Below, one piece after another: positions 26,073-36,802 of a stretch of 64,000 nt of DNA. The translations under genes and the position numbers were made by a program. The notes beneath the pieces are model-generated. The model saw only the letters and a program-made list of their open reading frames with translations. It was not told the DNA's origin and searched no databases. The stretch's first letter is position 1. Each line of letters opens with the position of its first letter. The DNA is taken from positions 416,001-480,000 of the forward strand of contig OY970173.1 of the NCBI GenBank assembly GCA_963707635.1, in the 5' to 3' direction. Source of the stretch: Candidatus Latescibacterota bacterium. GTDB taxonomy: Bacteria; Krumholzibacteriota; Krumholzibacteriia; WVZY01; JAKEHA01.

Positions 26073-28327
26073 CAGAACCATACGTTCACTCCCAGGCTGG
26101 GGATGATCGGAAGCATCCTCGCCACGTCCACGTCCACGGTGGAGGTGTCGCGCTGGTACTGCACGAACCACTCGTTGCGGCGGCTGTACACGTTGAACAC
26201 TTCCACCAGCCACTCCGCCCGGGCGCCGAAGAGGGAGAAGTCGCGGGCGACGCCCACATCGAGGCGGTTGTACGGAAGCAGACGGGCGCTGTTCTTGTCG
26301 GCGTAGAGGAGCTCGATGTCCTCGGGGATCACGCCCGTGGTCGGGTCGCGGAGCGAATAGCGGCCGTCCACGGGTGTGAACGCCTGTCCGGTGGCGTAGA
26401 CGAACGCGCCCGAGAACCTCCAGGGCCCGCGCGCGTACGCCGCCACCGCGCTCAGGTCGTGGCGCCGGTCGTACTTGGGTGGAAACTCCGCGCCCTGGTT
26501 GACCTCGGGGAACGTTCGCCGCGTCCAGCCAAGCGTGTACCCCAGCCAGCCGGTGAGCGGTCCCGCGTCACGGCGCAGGAAGAACTCGACTCCGGTGGCG
26601 TAGCCGCTGCCTCCCAGGTAGAACAAGTCGTCCGTCGTGGCCACCTCGGCGTCGACCGGTGTCGAATTGTCGAGCAGGACCAGGTTGTCGAGATCCGTGT
26701 AGTAGCCTTCGACCGACACCAGCCACGACGGCGTCCATCGCCAGTCGACGCCACCGGTCGCCTGCACGGACCGCCCAATATCGGTCGACGCGTCGATCGG
26801 CACGTAGAAGTCGGCCGCCGAAATCGCTTCGGTCGCCACCAGCTGCAGATACTGGTGATAGATACCCCCACCCAGTTTGAGGCGGACCGTCTCGCCGAGA
26901 TTGTCCGCGAGCGCCAGCCGCGGCTCGAACAGCCAGCGCCCGCCGTCGTCGATGTAGCGCACGCGCAGGCCCGCGTTCACGGCCGCCTCCGCCCACGGGG
27001 TCCAGCGATCCTCCGCAAACAGGGCGAGTTCGAACGGCTCGCGCCGGTAGTCGAACACGGTCTCGGAGTTGAAATTCCGCGAGAAGGCCGCCTGGTAGCT
27101 CGAGCCTTCGAGGCCCATCGTCACCGTGTGCCGGAGATTCACGGCCCAGGTGAGTTCCCCCGCCGCCGTGTAGTCTCGAATGCCGTTCTCGAACGAAGCC
27201 GGCGTCGTGAATGCGGTCGCGGTGGTGTAGCTCGCATAATCGCTGTACGAGAGGCGCGCGGTTGCGATCAGCCGCGCGCTGAGCGCGCGCACGAACGCGG
27301 CGCTCACCACCGTGTTGCCCCATTTGAGGTTGAGATACGTGTCCTCGTCGAGCGTGAAGTCGAGCTGGTCGTGTCCGGTATAGACCGACAGCTCAACACG
27401 TCCCCCGCCGGCGGGTACGGCGAACTTCCCATTCGCGTCGTAGAAATAGTAGTCCGGGACCTCGGTGTCCTCGTCTCGAATCAATTCGAGCATTGGCTCC
27501 AGGTGCGTCCGCCGGGCGCTCGCGGACCACGACCCTCGCCCCGCGGGTCCGTCCAGCGCGAGCCGGGACGCGATCGTGCTGATGCCGGCTTTTCCGCCGA
27601 GGTGGCGCGCGGCGGCATCGCGCGTGCGCACGTCGAGCACGGCTCCCAGCCGGCCGCCCCGATCCGCCGGGTAGGCCCCCTTGTACAGGCTCACGTCCCC
27701 GATCGCATCCGCGTTGAAGGTCGAGAAAAAACCGAACGCGTGGGTGGGGTTGTAGACGGTCGCCTGATCGAGGAGTACCAGGGTCTGGTCCGGCCCGCCG
27801 CCGCGGACATACAGGGCGCTGGAAAAATCGGATGCGGCCTGGACCCCGGGGATCAGCTGCAACGTCCGGATCGGGTCCGCCTCCGCGACCCCGGGCAGCG
27901 ACGCGAGCCGGTCGGCGGGGATGGAAACGAAGCCCGTCTGCTCGTCGCGGGCCTGCGTGAGGCGGTCCGCATCGACCCCGACTCCTTCGACCGGAATCGG
28001 CGAGACCGTCAGCGCGGCGTCGAGCGTGTACTCGCGGTCTTCGGCCACGAGCACGCTGTCCTCGCGCATCGTATAGCCGACGCGCGCGAAACGCACGAGG
28101 TAACGGCCGAGCGGGACCGCCGCAAAGAAATACTGCCCGTTGGAAAGACTCAGCTGGCCGCGGGCGACCTCATCGCCCGCGAGTGACCGGCCGAGCAACT
28201 GAACAGTGACGAAGCCCAGCGGCTCGCCAGCTTCCGCGTCGCGCGTCACGCCGCGCACGGTCGACGCCAACGCCTCGACCGGCGACACCAGCGCAACGAC
28301 GAGAGCAATGGATGCAAGTAGGCGCAT
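26072..28327 (-). CDS. TonB-dependent outer-membrane receptor with a carboxypeptidase-regulatory-like N-terminal domain
   Basis: Signal peptide; plug motifs LQLIPGV, YVRGGGPDQTLVLLD and GGRLGAVLDV; barrel ending in C-terminal Phe. Confidence 0.9.
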   Translation of the reverse strand: MRLLASIALVVALVSPVEALASTVRGVTRDAEAGEPLGFVTVQLLGRSLAGDEVARGQLSLSNGQYFFAAVPLGRYLVRFARVGYTMREDSVLVAEDREYTLDAALTVSPIPVEGVGVDADRLTQARDEQTGFVSIPADRLASLPGVAEADPIRTLQLIPGVQAASDFSSALYVRGGGPDQTLVLLDQATVYNPTHAFGFFSTFNADAIGDVSLYKGAYPADRGGRLGAVLDVRTRDAAARHLGGKAGISTIASRLALDGPAGRGSWSASARRTHLEPMLELIRDEDTEVPDYYFYDANGKFAVPAGGGRVELSVYTGHDQLDFTLDEDTYLNLKWGNTVVSAAFVRALSARLIATARLSYSDYASYTTATAFTTPASFENGIRDYTAAGELTWAVNLRHTVTMGLEGSSYQAAFSRNFNSETVFDYRREPFELALFAEDRWTPWAEAAVNAGLRVRYIDDGGRWLFEPRLALADNLGETVRLKLGGGIYHQYLQLVATEAISAADFYVPIDASTDIGRSVQATGGVDWRWTPSWLVSVEGYYTDLDNLVLLDNSTPVDAEVATTDDLFYLGGSGYATGVEFFLRRDAGPLTGWLGYTLGWTRRTFPEVNQGAEFPPKYDRRHDLSAVAAYARGPWRFSGAFVYATGQAFTPVDGRYSLRDPTTGVIPEDIELLYADKNSARLLPYNRLDVGVARDFSLFGARAEWLVEVFNVYSRRNEWFVQYQRDTSTVDVDVARMLPIIPSLGVNVWF

Positions 28328-28527
28328 GGTTGTTTGCCTATCAGGCGGGGCGAGCGTGACATTGCTCGGACGCGAATCCGCAGCGCGCTTTCAACCATCG
28401 CGCGCGAGGACCTGAGCGGAAGAGCGATGTCGCGCTCGCTCCGCTGGATCCCGCAAGCACGGCGGGGGCAATCGGCGACAGGACCCGCGGGGTCAGCAGA
28501 ACGTCGCCATGACGTCCCCCGGCAGAT

Positions 28528-29205
28528 TCAATCCCGGGGCAGATCGTCGGTGGCGGACGTGCGCGGCGAAATAACCACCTTGCGCAGCAACCCGTCGCCG
28601 ATCGTGTAGGTCGTGACGTCGTCGAACTCCGAGACCGCGAGATGGATGATCCGCCGCTCCGAGGCCTTGAGGGGTTCGAAGTCGTATTCCTTCTGCGTCC
28701 TGCGAACCCGTTCCGCGATCTTCTGTGCTTTTTCGACCAGGAGCCGGTGCTTGCGCCGCACGTAGCCGCCGACGTCCACCGTGATCTTGCTGTGCCGCCC
28801 GGTCCGGCTGGTGAAAACGCGATTGACCACGTGCTGGATCGACGTGAGCGTCTCGCCGCGGCGTCCGATCAGCAGTCCGTCGAGTCCGGTGGAGCTGATG
28901 TTGACGAACGTGGTGTCGTCGGACTCCTCGATCTCGATCGTGTGCTCGATCCCCATGAAGCCGAGCACTTCGCCGATGATCGCCCGCACCACTTCCGGGG
29001 TCTCGCCGGCGTCCCCGGCCGCCGCGCTCTCGCGGCGGGTGACGCGGATCCGCACCATCTTGCCGCCGAAGATGCCCCGCAGACCGCTCGGCGATTCCGA
29101 GAGCAGCTTGATGTCGACGTCGTCCTTGCTGGCGCCGAGCTCGCGGAGGGCCTTGTCGAGGGCCTGCTCGATGGTCTTCCCGGTGGTTTCGACCGATGCC
29201 GTCAT
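28528..29205 (-). CDS. jag: RNA-binding protein Jag/KhpB/EloR (Jag_N-KH-R3H)
   Basis: GKTIEQA, GLLIGRRGETL and ERRIIH motifs; follows yidC. Confidence 0.93.
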   Translation of the reverse strand: MTASVETTGKTIEQALDKALRELGASKDDVDIKLLSESPSGLRGIFGGKMVRIRVTRRESAAAGDAGETPEVVRAIIGEVLGFMGIEHTIEIEESDDTTFVNISSTGLDGLLIGRRGETLTSIQHVVNRVFTSRTGRHSKITVDVGGYVRRKHRLLVEKAQKIAERVRRTQKEYDFEPLKASERRIIHLAVSEFDDVTTYTIGDGLLRKVVISPRTSATDDLPRD

Positions 29206-29239
29206 GCCGTCCGTCCCTTCGTACCCCTCCGTCGCTCCG

Positions 29240-31063
29240 CTACGCCTTCTTCGCGTTGCGCGCGCGACCGCGCTTCTTGGGCGTCTCTTCGACGACCGTC
29301 AACTTCCCCCCTCGAGTGTCCCTGACGATGTAGTACTGCTGAACCACCGACAATGCGGTGTTGATGATCCAGTAGATCACCAGGCCGGATGGCATCTTGT
29401 AGAAGAGCACCGTGAACACGATCGGGAGCAGCGTCGTGTAGCCGGGCGGCATCGGCGACGTCGACCCGGTCGGCGATCCTCCCAGTTTCGACTGGGCGAA
29501 CATCGCCCCTCCCATCAGTAGCGGGAGCAGGCTGAAATCGCCGCCAATCAGCGGAAGCGTAATCGGCAGCTTGAACAACACGTCCTGCTGCGAGAGGTCG
29601 TTGATCCAGCCGACGAAGGGGGCCCCGCGCAGCGCGATGTTGAAGCTGAGCACGTTGTAGAGCGCGATGAACACGGGCATCTGCAGGAGCATCGGGAGAC
29701 ACCCGCCCAGCGGGTTCACGCCCGCTTCCTTGTACAGCTTCATCGTCTCCTCGCTGAGGCGGCGCTTGTCGCTCCCGTACTTCTCTTTCAACGCCTGCAG
29801 GCGAGGCTGCAGATCCTGCATCTCCTTCATCGATTTGAAGCTCTTGTGGGTGAGCCGGTAGAAGAGGACCTTCGCGAGCACCGAAATGAGGATGATCACC
29901 AGGCCGTAGTTCGGAATCGCCTTGTAGGTGGTCGTCATCGCCCACAGCACGGCGGTGCAGACGGGCCGAATCCACTGCCACCCGAAGGTGACGTTCTTTT
30001 CGAGCCCGATGCCGAGGCCCTTGAGCAGGTCGTAATCCAGCGGCCCCAGGTACACACGCACCGACTGGGTCACGTCGCCGCCGGCGGTCGTCAGAGGCAG
30101 GGTGATGTCCTCGGAAATGTGGTGGCCGCTCTTGATGCCGCTGATTTCGACCTCGGCGCGCGTCGGCGTGTGGGGAAACAGGGCGGCGAGAAAGTATTTG
30201 GTCTGCACGCTTCCCCAGTTGAGCGTGCCGCTGACGGTCTCGACGTGTTCGCGTCCGAACGCCGCGGGGCGCTTCTGGTGGAGCTCCTCCCCGAGCAGCA
30301 CGGAGGCGCGAAACGCCGCCTGGTCGGTCTTCAGATTCTTTTCGGTGGACGCCAGCCCGGGACCCAGGCTCCACGTGACGCCGGTCGCACCCGGGAGCAC
30401 CGCTTCCGGCGCGCGCAGGGTGGTTTCGAAATCGTAGCGGTCGCCGAAGAAACGATACGTGCGCTCGATGGTTCCGTTCGGTCCCGTCGCGCGAAACACC
30501 ACCTCGGTGGGCTGCTCGCCGGAAACGACCACCCGCGCCCCGTCGGGCAGCGCGCCCACCGCCGTGCTCGCCTCGAAGACCAGGTTGCGCAGCGACAGCG
30601 CGTCGTGCTCGCTCCGCAGCCCGGCGGCCAGCAGGCGGTCGCCCGACCAGCTGTCGCCGGCGGGCAGAAGACTGACCGGCCGGTCGTCGGTGAGGTAGCG
30701 CAGCAGCGTCGCCGACTCGATCTCCGCTCCCCGGGTGCTGAGCGTGATTTCGTAGAGCGGAGACGCAACGACGATGGTTGCCGCCGTCGCCGAATCGGCG
30801 CCTGTGAAGCGCGAGGCCGCTGCCGCCCCGAGCGTATCGTGGCGGGCGGGTGTCGTGAGCGCGGGCGGTGTGCGCGGGGCGCCGATCGTGTCGACTCGCG
30901 CGTGCGCCGTATCCTGCCGCGCCTGCGCAAGCTCGGCGGCCTCACGACGCGCGCGCTGCGCCTTCATCTTGGGACCCAGGTAGAGCGCGTCGTAACCCAG
31001 GAACAGCACCATGGATGCGACGAACGCGATCAGCGCGCGCCGTTCCATCGACATTCCCTTCAT
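29240..31063 (-). CDS. yidC: Membrane protein insertase YidC
   Basis: [37 protein letters not shown] and PSGLVIYW. Confidence 0.97.
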   Translation of the reverse strand: MKGMSMERRALIAFVASMVLFLGYDALYLGPKMKAQRARREAAELAQARQDTAHARVDTIGAPRTPPALTTPARHDTLGAAAASRFTGADSATAATIVVASPLYEITLSTRGAEIESATLLRYLTDDRPVSLLPAGDSWSGDRLLAAGLRSEHDALSLRNLVFEASTAVGALPDGARVVVSGEQPTEVVFRATGPNGTIERTYRFFGDRYDFETTLRAPEAVLPGATGVTWSLGPGLASTEKNLKTDQAAFRASVLLGEELHQKRPAAFGREHVETVSGTLNWGSVQTKYFLAALFPHTPTRAEVEISGIKSGHHISEDITLPLTTAGGDVTQSVRVYLGPLDYDLLKGLGIGLEKNVTFGWQWIRPVCTAVLWAMTTTYKAIPNYGLVIILISVLAKVLFYRLTHKSFKSMKEMQDLQPRLQALKEKYGSDKRRLSEETMKLYKEAGVNPLGGCLPMLLQMPVFIALYNVLSFNIALRGAPFVGWINDLSQQDVLFKLPITLPLIGGDFSLLPLLMGGAMFAQSKLGGSPTGSTSPMPPGYTTLLPIVFTVLFYKMPSGLVIYWIINTALSVVQQYYIVRDTRGGKLTVVEETPKKRGRARNAKKA

Positions 31064-31374
31064 GCCGACTCCTTCGCAGCCGGGCGCGCGGGCGCCCGCA
31101 CGGCGCGGTCGGACGGCGGAACCGGGTCGAGGCCCCCCTCACACCACGGGTGGCAGCGTGCGAGCCGCCGAGCCGCCAGCACCAGCCCGCGGAACGGGCC
31201 GTGCGCCGCTATGGCCTCGGCCGCATACGCGGAGCACGAGGGATGAAATCGGCACGCGGGAGGGAGAACTGGAGAGACCCACCGGCGGTAGCCGGCGAGC
31301 AACAAAGAGAGCGGCGCAACGAGCGCCGCGGACAGCTTACGCGGCATGTGACGACCACTTCCTGTGACGATCAT
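31060..31374 (-). CDS. yidD: Membrane protein insertion efficiency factor YidD
   Basis: [17 protein letters not shown] and [14 protein letters not shown]. Start is 31374 (ATGA overlap with rnpA) or 31347. Confidence 0.92.
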   Translation of the reverse strand: MIVTGSGRHMPRKLSAALVAPLSLLLAGYRRWVSPVLPPACRFHPSCSAYAAEAIAAHGPFRGLVLAARRLARCHPWCEGGLDPVPPSDRAVRAPARPAAKESA

Positions 31375-31757
31375 TCGATGTCTTCCGCACCGAGGAGGCC
31401 GTGAGACACGAGTGCCCGCTCGATGTCGTCCCGAACGTCGCGCGAATTGCGATCCACGATCGACGCCTTCGCGACCAGGACGATCCATACATGGCGGTCC
31501 ATCAATCGATGGACGAACTGCCTCGCCGCCTCGCGCAGCAGCCGCTTGGCGCGGTTTCGCTGCACGGCGCCGCCCACCTTGCGACTGGCGACTACGCCCA
31601 CCCGCACGCCGTCAGGGTCGGCGGGGGACCGAACGAACACGACGGAATGCCGGGTGACGAGCTTGCGTCCGCCGTCGTAGCAATAGCGGAACTGCGCCGG
31701 GCGGGCTAGAGTTCGCAAGCGACGTCGCGGCGAGCGCGCCGACTCACGCGAGGCCAT
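31371..31757 (-). CDS. rnpA: Ribonuclease P protein component
   Basis: [25 protein letters not shown] (RNR motif); expected synteny. Confidence 0.95.
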   Translation of the reverse strand: MASRESARSPRRRLRTLARPAQFRYCYDGGRKLVTRHSVVFVRSPADPDGVRVGVVASRKVGGAVQRNRAKRLLREAARQFVHRLMDRHVWIVLVAKASIVDRNSRDVRDDIERALVSHGLLGAEDIE

Positions 31758-31785
31758 GGCGGCGCCTTCCGGTCGAATCCTCGAC

Positions 31786-31920
31786 CTACGCCGAAAGCCG
31801 CTTGCGGCCCTTTGCCCGACGTCGCTTGAGCACGAGTCTACCGCCGAGGGTGCTCATGCGCTTGCGGAAGCCGTGTTCCCGTTTGCGCTTGATGTTGCGA
31901 GGCTGGAAAGTGCGCTTCAT
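31786..31920 (-). CDS. rpmH: 50S ribosomal protein L34
   Basis: Manual translation [44 protein letters not shown] (44 aa, below the ORF-track cutoff). Confidence 0.98.
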   Translation of the reverse strand: MKRTFQPRNIKRKREHGFRKRMSTLGGRLVLKRRRAKGRKRLSA

Positions 31921-32029
31921 GTTCGATGATCCTGTGTAATCGTGATGATACGAAACCGCCAGAGTTCGTTACTGGAGCAACGCCGACGTCGGCAAGCTGT
32001 TCCACGAAGTAACTCACTGTAAAGAAGCG

Positions 32030-32058
32030 ACGATACCCGAATGGCGGGAATTCGTCAA
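32030..32058 (-). promoter_or_regulatory. sigma70 promoter of the rpmH operon
   Basis: Minus strand TTGACG-17 nt-TATCGT. Confidence 0.6.
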
Positions 32059-32133
32059 GGTCTGTGCGCCAGCGAACACGTGGACGAAGAATTGTGCGGG
32101 CGCATCCCCATTCCCTGCCGGGAAATTCCTGTC

Positions 32134-32403
32134 TTATCCACAACCCGCGTGACCCTCAACTGATTTGCACAACTCGACTTCACCTGTTCCTGTGAGCAAC
32201 TCAAATTCGGGGTTGCTGCCATTGTCGCTGCTTTGATACCTTCGGCCCCGTTCGATTCTTCTTACCGGGGTTTAGGGCATTCCAGAAAATTTGGTGTCTC
32301 TTTTCGAGTGGGTACTGTGGACAACTTCGCAGCGACGTCCTCTGATCGCCTCGCAACTCGTTTGTCCACAATGTAGTAGCTGATTATCCACATTTGTGGA
32401 TAA
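32134..32403. promoter_or_regulatory. DnaA-box cluster upstream of dnaA (oriC left part / dnaA autoregulation)
   Basis: TTATCCACA 32134-32142, TGTGGACAA 32316-32324, TTGTCCACA 32362-32370, TTATCCACA 32384-32392 and TGTGGATAA 32395-32403. Confidence 0.85.
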
Positions 32404-32579
32404 CCGGCGTTCTCTCGCGGCTCCCGGTCGTCAAACCGAGTGCCACACAATGAGTTTTCGCCACAACGCCCGCGCGGTGGTGGCGCTTGTCATGGTGATT
32501 TTGCGGTTGATGAAGAAGCGGCTGCCCTCACGGTCATTCCCTGACCGGAGTGTATCCCATGGGAGAAAGGGTACGGTCC

Positions 32580-33944
32580 ATGTCGGTTTCCTCCCGCCAG
32601 CACGACCAAGACCAGATGTGGTCGGAGTTCCTTGCGTCGGTGGCCACACTGGTCAACAAACAGACGTTCGAAACATGGTTCAAGCCGATGCGACTCTCCG
32701 CCGTGGAGGGTTCGAAAGTGGTGATCGACTGTCCCAGTAAGTTTTTCGTGGACTGGGTGAGCGAGCACCACTCTGACAAGATTGTTTTCGCGCTCCGGCC
32801 GTTACTCGGAGCCAGCGCGCAGTTCCTGCTCCAGAACGCGAACGACGCTCCGCCGGAGATCCCCACCCGCCGCAGCGAGTCGTTGGTCACGGCACCCGCG
32901 CGCGCACGCAAGCCCGCTCCCGAGAGTGAGCGGCTCAATCCGAAGTACACCTTCGACGAGTTCGTCGTCGGCAACAACAGTCGCATGACGTACGCGGCAT
33001 GTCTCGCCGTTTCCGAACGGCCCGCCCAGGTCTACAACCCGCTGTTTATCTACGGCGGCGTGGGACTCGGCAAGACCCACCTCATGCAGGCGATCGGCCA
33101 CGGCGTGCTGAAGAGCCACCCCGACGCCCGCGTCCACTACTGCTCGGCGGAAGCCTTCATGAACGAAATGATCATGGCCATCCGCCAGGGGAACGGTCAC
33201 GAGTTCCGCACAAAGTATCGCAACGTCGACCTCCTGCTCATCGACGACGTTCAATTTCTCGCCGGCAAGGAGAGCACGCAGGAAGAGTTTTTCCACACCT
33301 TCAATGCCCTCCATGGCGCGAACCGGCAGATCGTGGTGACGAGCGATCGTCCACCCAAGGAGATCCCGACCCTGGAAGACCGGCTGGTGTCCCGCTTCGA
33401 GTGGGGGCTCATCACCGACATCCAGCCGCCGGACTACGAGACCCGTCTCGCGATTCTGCGCAAGAAAGTGGAGCGTGAGAACATCCAGATTCCGGATGAC
33501 GTGCTCGCGCTTATCGCCGACAGCGTGAAGAGCAATATCCGCGAGCTCGAGGGAAGCCTGGTCAAGCTGCTGGTGCACGCAAGCGTCTACAAGAAGGACA
33601 TCACGAGCGAGATGGCGCACGACGTGCTCAAGGATTTCGTGAAGTCGACGCCCAAAAAGACCAGCATCTCGTTGATCCAGAAGGTGGTTTCGCAGCACTA
33701 CCGCGTGCCGGTGGAATCGATGCGGTCGAAGGTGCGCACGGCCCGCCTCGCGTTTCCGAGGCAGGTCGCGATCTTCCTTGCGCGGGAAATGACGTCGGCG
33801 TCGCTGGCCCAGATCGGCCAGCGCTTCGGCGGCCGCGACCATACCACCGTCATTCACGCGTGCCAGAAGATCACCGACATGGTCGAACGCGACGTCTCGC
33901 TTCGTTCGACCATCAACCAGCTTCGAAAGGAGCTGGCGTCGTAG
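32580..33944 (+). CDS. dnaA: Chromosomal replication initiator DnaA
   Basis: LNPKYTFDEFVVG, YNPLFIYGGVGLGKTHL, DDVQF, SRFEWGL and GGRDHTTV. Confidence 0.99.
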   Translation: MSVSSRQHDQDQMWSEFLASVATLVNKQTFETWFKPMRLSAVEGSKVVIDCPSKFFVDWVSEHHSDKIVFALRPLLGASAQFLLQNANDAPPEIPTRRSESLVTAPARARKPAPESERLNPKYTFDEFVVGNNSRMTYAACLAVSERPAQVYNPLFIYGGVGLGKTHLMQAIGHGVLKSHPDARVHYCSAEAFMNEMIMAIRQGNGHEFRTKYRNVDLLLIDDVQFLAGKESTQEEFFHTFNALHGANRQIVVTSDRPPKEIPTLEDRLVSRFEWGLITDIQPPDYETRLAILRKKVERENIQIPDDVLALIADSVKSNIRELEGSLVKLLVHASVYKKDITSEMAHDVLKDFVKSTPKKTSISLIQKVVSQHYRVPVESMRSKVRTARLAFPRQVAIFLAREMTSASLAQIGQRFGGRDHTTVIHACQKITDMVERDVSLRSTINQLRKELAS

Positions 33945-33972
33945 CCAGACGATCGCCCGGCGCCTCGCGTCC

Positions 33973-34035
33973 AGGGCCAGGGAGCCATGGTGGATGTTGC
34001 AGCGGCAACCGCACCATGGACCCTGGCCCTTTTTT
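33973..34035 (+). terminator. Long intrinsic terminator downstream of dnaA
   Basis: AGGGCCAGGG..CCATGGTG..GTTGC-AGCG-GCAAC..CACCATGG..CCCTGGCCCT followed by TTTTT. Confidence 0.75.
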
Positions 34036-34037
34036 CG

Positions 34038-34380
34038 TGAGGATAATCCAGGTGCTTTCTCCACGCCCGGTCGGGCTTCGGCGTTATCCCCGAATTGTGG
34101 AAACTAGGTGTGCATGACATGGGGGAAGTTATCCCCTGTGTACTAACCGCCCGACTGTCCACGCCGCGTCCCCACCCGGTCCCGAGGCGCCTCCCACACT
34201 AAGCGCCTGCGTTCAGTCGAGTAAGCGCGTGTGTTCCACATTTCAACACACCCTACTGCTACTGCTTTTTTTAATATCTAAAGTAAAGCAGTAGGAAACC
34301 CTGGTTGGCGAGAGCGACCGGCGATCCAGGGGGCGACAACCCGGTGAACACACGATGGCCGAGGCCGAAACTTTTCCACA
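34038..34380. other. oriC: Replication origin oriC (dnaA-dnaN intergenic part, with unwinding element)
   Basis: DnaA-box-like TGAGGATAA 34038, TGTGGAAAC 34096, TGTTCCACA 34232 and TTTTCCACA 34372. CCC-TACTGCTACTGCT trio-like repeats and an AT-rich tract lie at about 34251-34290. Confidence 0.75.
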
Positions 34381-34394
34381 TCGGCACTCGTTTC

Positions 34395-34423
34395 TTGCGA
34401 CGCCTGGGCGCGTGCGCTATAGT
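34395..34423 (+). promoter_or_regulatory. sigma70 promoter of dnaN
   Basis: TTGCGA-17 nt-TATAGT; DnaA box 14 nt upstream; AAGGAGG SD before GTG 34501. Confidence 0.6.
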
Positions 34424-34500
34424 CGTGACCTCGTAGCCCACCCACTGGTTCTGGTAACGCACGGCGCAATTGTCGATGGGACGAAGAAGGAGGAACGGGC

Positions 34501-35613
34501 GTGAAGATCACCGTTGATCAGAAGGATTTGTTGAAGAGTTTACAGGGTATTGCCGCCGTTGTGCCCACCAAGACATCGTTGCCCATCCTCTCGACGTTTC
34601 TCATGGAGACGAAGGGCGACGGCAAGGTCACACTGACCGCGAACGACCTGGATGTTTCACTCACCAACACGCTCGCGTGCGAAACCTCGGGGCATGGAAG
34701 CGTTGCCGTGCCAGGGAAGAAGTTCTTCGAGATCGCACGTTCGCTTCCCGAAGACAGCGTCGTCATCGAAACCGAAGGCGAGCGCATCTCGATCAAATGC
34801 CGCCGCAGTCGCTTCAAGATGCAGGGAAAGAGCGCGGATGAGTTTCCAAAACTTCCATCGCAGAAGCCGATCGTGTCGTTCTCACTGGCCGCGTCGATCC
34901 TCGACGACATGATCAACAAGACCAGCTACGCGGTCTCGACCGACCTCACGCGGCCGTCGCTGTGCGGCGTGTTGTGGGAGATCAAGAAGGGCGTTTTGAG
35001 CATGGTGGCCACCGACGGGCATCGCCTCGCGCGCGTGGAGCAGCCGGGCACCGGGGCCTCCGGCGACGACAAGGACGTGATCGTGTCGCCGAAGGCGCTC
35101 AACATCTACCGCTCTCTTTCCGCCGGTCTCGACACCGCGCACGTCTCGCTGGCCGAAAACCACATCACCATCGACATGGGCGACAGCGTCATCTACTCGC
35201 GGCTGCTCGAGGGGCCCTTCCCGGATTACAACCAGGTTATGCCGAAAAAGAACACGCGAAAGCTCACCGTGAGCCGCGACGAGTTGACCGACGCGTGCCG
35301 CCGGGTGGCGATTCTTTCGAGCGCGATCACGCACCAGGTCAAGCTGGTGATCGAAGACGACCGCCTGACGCTTTCGGTGAAGACCCCGGACGTCGGCGAG
35401 GCGATGGAAGAAGTGACCTGCGCCTACAATTCTCCGAAGATGGAAATCGGCTACAACGCGCGCTACCTGCTCGACATTCTTCGCACCATCCCCGGGGGAG
35501 ACGTCATGTTTCTCCTGGATCGAAGCGACAACGCGGGCGTCGTGGTTCCCGAAACGAACGGCGATGGAATGAAGCACGAGTGTCTGCTCATGCCGCTCCG
35601 ACTGGGCGAATGA
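34501..35613 (+). CDS. dnaN: DNA polymerase III beta sliding clamp
   Basis: LPILS, VATDGHRL, SRLLEGPFPDY, IGYNARYLLD and LLMPLR. Confidence 0.98.
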   Translation: MKITVDQKDLLKSLQGIAAVVPTKTSLPILSTFLMETKGDGKVTLTANDLDVSLTNTLACETSGHGSVAVPGKKFFEIARSLPEDSVVIETEGERISIKCRRSRFKMQGKSADEFPKLPSQKPIVSFSLAASILDDMINKTSYAVSTDLTRPSLCGVLWEIKKGVLSMVATDGHRLARVEQPGTGASGDDKDVIVSPKALNIYRSLSAGLDTAHVSLAENHITIDMGDSVIYSRLLEGPFPDYNQVMPKKNTRKLTVSRDELTDACRRVAILSSAITHQVKLVIEDDRLTLSVKTPDVGEAMEEVTCAYNSPKMEIGYNARYLLDILRTIPGGDVMFLLDRSDNAGVVVPETNGDGMKHECLLMPLRLGE

Positions 35614-35671
35614 ACCACCTTCCCGGGCGGCGCGCGGATCGTGTTTCGCGCGCCGCGCCGGCTTCCCTTCC

Positions 35672-36802
35672 GTGCGCGTCGACCGCTTCGTCTCGCTGAA
35701 TTTCCGCAACCTCGGCCCCGAGGCGATCGAGTTCGGCCCCGGGCTCAACTTGCTCATCGGCGAGAATGGCCAGGGCAAGACCAACCTGCTCGAGGCGATC
35801 TACTACTTTCGATTCGGGAGGTCCTTTCGGGCCCAGACGGACGTGGAGCTCATCCGCTTCGAGGAGCCCTTCTGCCGGGCGGAGGTGACGTGCGGGTTCG
35901 CGGACGGGCACGGCGAGACGTTCGCCATGTCCATCGAGCGCCGCGGGGCGCAGGGTGTGCGGACGATCAAGATCAACGGCCAGACGCTCGCGAGGCGCTC
36001 GGATCTCGCGGGCCGCTTTCCGGCGGTTCTGTTCGGACCCGGCGACCTGCGCATCGTCGCCGGCGAGCCGGAGCACCGGCGTCGTTTCTTCGACATGGTG
36101 GGCACGATGACGGATCCCGCCTACCTGCGCGCGGCCCACGACTACCGCAGAACGCTCGAGCAGCGCAACGCCGCGCTCAAGGCTCGCGCCGCCCGGGACG
36201 AGATGGCCGCGTGGAACGAACGCCTGGTCGCCAGCGGCGTCGAGTTGATCGCGAAGCGCCGGGACCTGGTCGCGTTGATCGAACTCGCCATGACCGCCCA
36301 TGCCCGGGAGCTGGAAAGCCCGTTCGATTTCTCGATGCGCTACGAGTCGCCGCTGCTCGACGCCGCCGCGGAGGCGGGTGCCGGGGAATTGGAAACCGCG
36401 CTCGCGCGCGTCTTCCACGAGCGGCTCGGCGCGGTCGCCTTCGAGGAATCGCGCCGCGGCGTGACGCTGGTCGGCCCGCACCGGGACGACGTAGAGTTTC
36501 GGATGTTCGGACACGACCTGCGCCGTTTCGGGTCGCAGGGGCAGCGGCGCCTGTTTGCCGTGCTGCTGAAGCTGGCGGAACTGGCGCACGTCGAGACCGA
36601 ACTGCACGAGCCGTGCGTGCTCCTTTTGGACGACGTGTTTTCGGAATTCGACCACGTGATTACGCGCCGGCTGCAGGGGCTGCTGGAGGGCCCGCGCCAG
36701 GTGTTCGTCACCAGCCCGGTCGAAATCGAGGCGGGGCGAACGCCGCGCGCGCGCGTCTTCCACATGCACAACGGCACCTGCGTTCGAGCGGCGGCGAAGT
36801 GA
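35672..36802 (+). CDS. recF: DNA replication/repair protein RecF
   Basis: NFRN, GENGQGKTNLLEAI, RRRFFD, GPHRDD, SQGQRR and LLLDDVFSE. Confidence 0.97.
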   Translation: MRVDRFVSLNFRNLGPEAIEFGPGLNLLIGENGQGKTNLLEAIYYFRFGRSFRAQTDVELIRFEEPFCRAEVTCGFADGHGETFAMSIERRGAQGVRTIKINGQTLARRSDLAGRFPAVLFGPGDLRIVAGEPEHRRRFFDMVGTMTDPAYLRAAHDYRRTLEQRNAALKARAARDEMAAWNERLVASGVELIAKRRDLVALIELAMTAHARELESPFDFSMRYESPLLDAAAEAGAGELETALARVFHERLGAVAFEESRRGVTLVGPHRDDVEFRMFGHDLRRFGSQGQRRLFAVLLKLAELAHVETELHEPCVLLLDDVFSEFDHVITRRLQGLLEGPRQVFVTSPVEIEAGRTPRARVFHMHNGTCVRAAAK

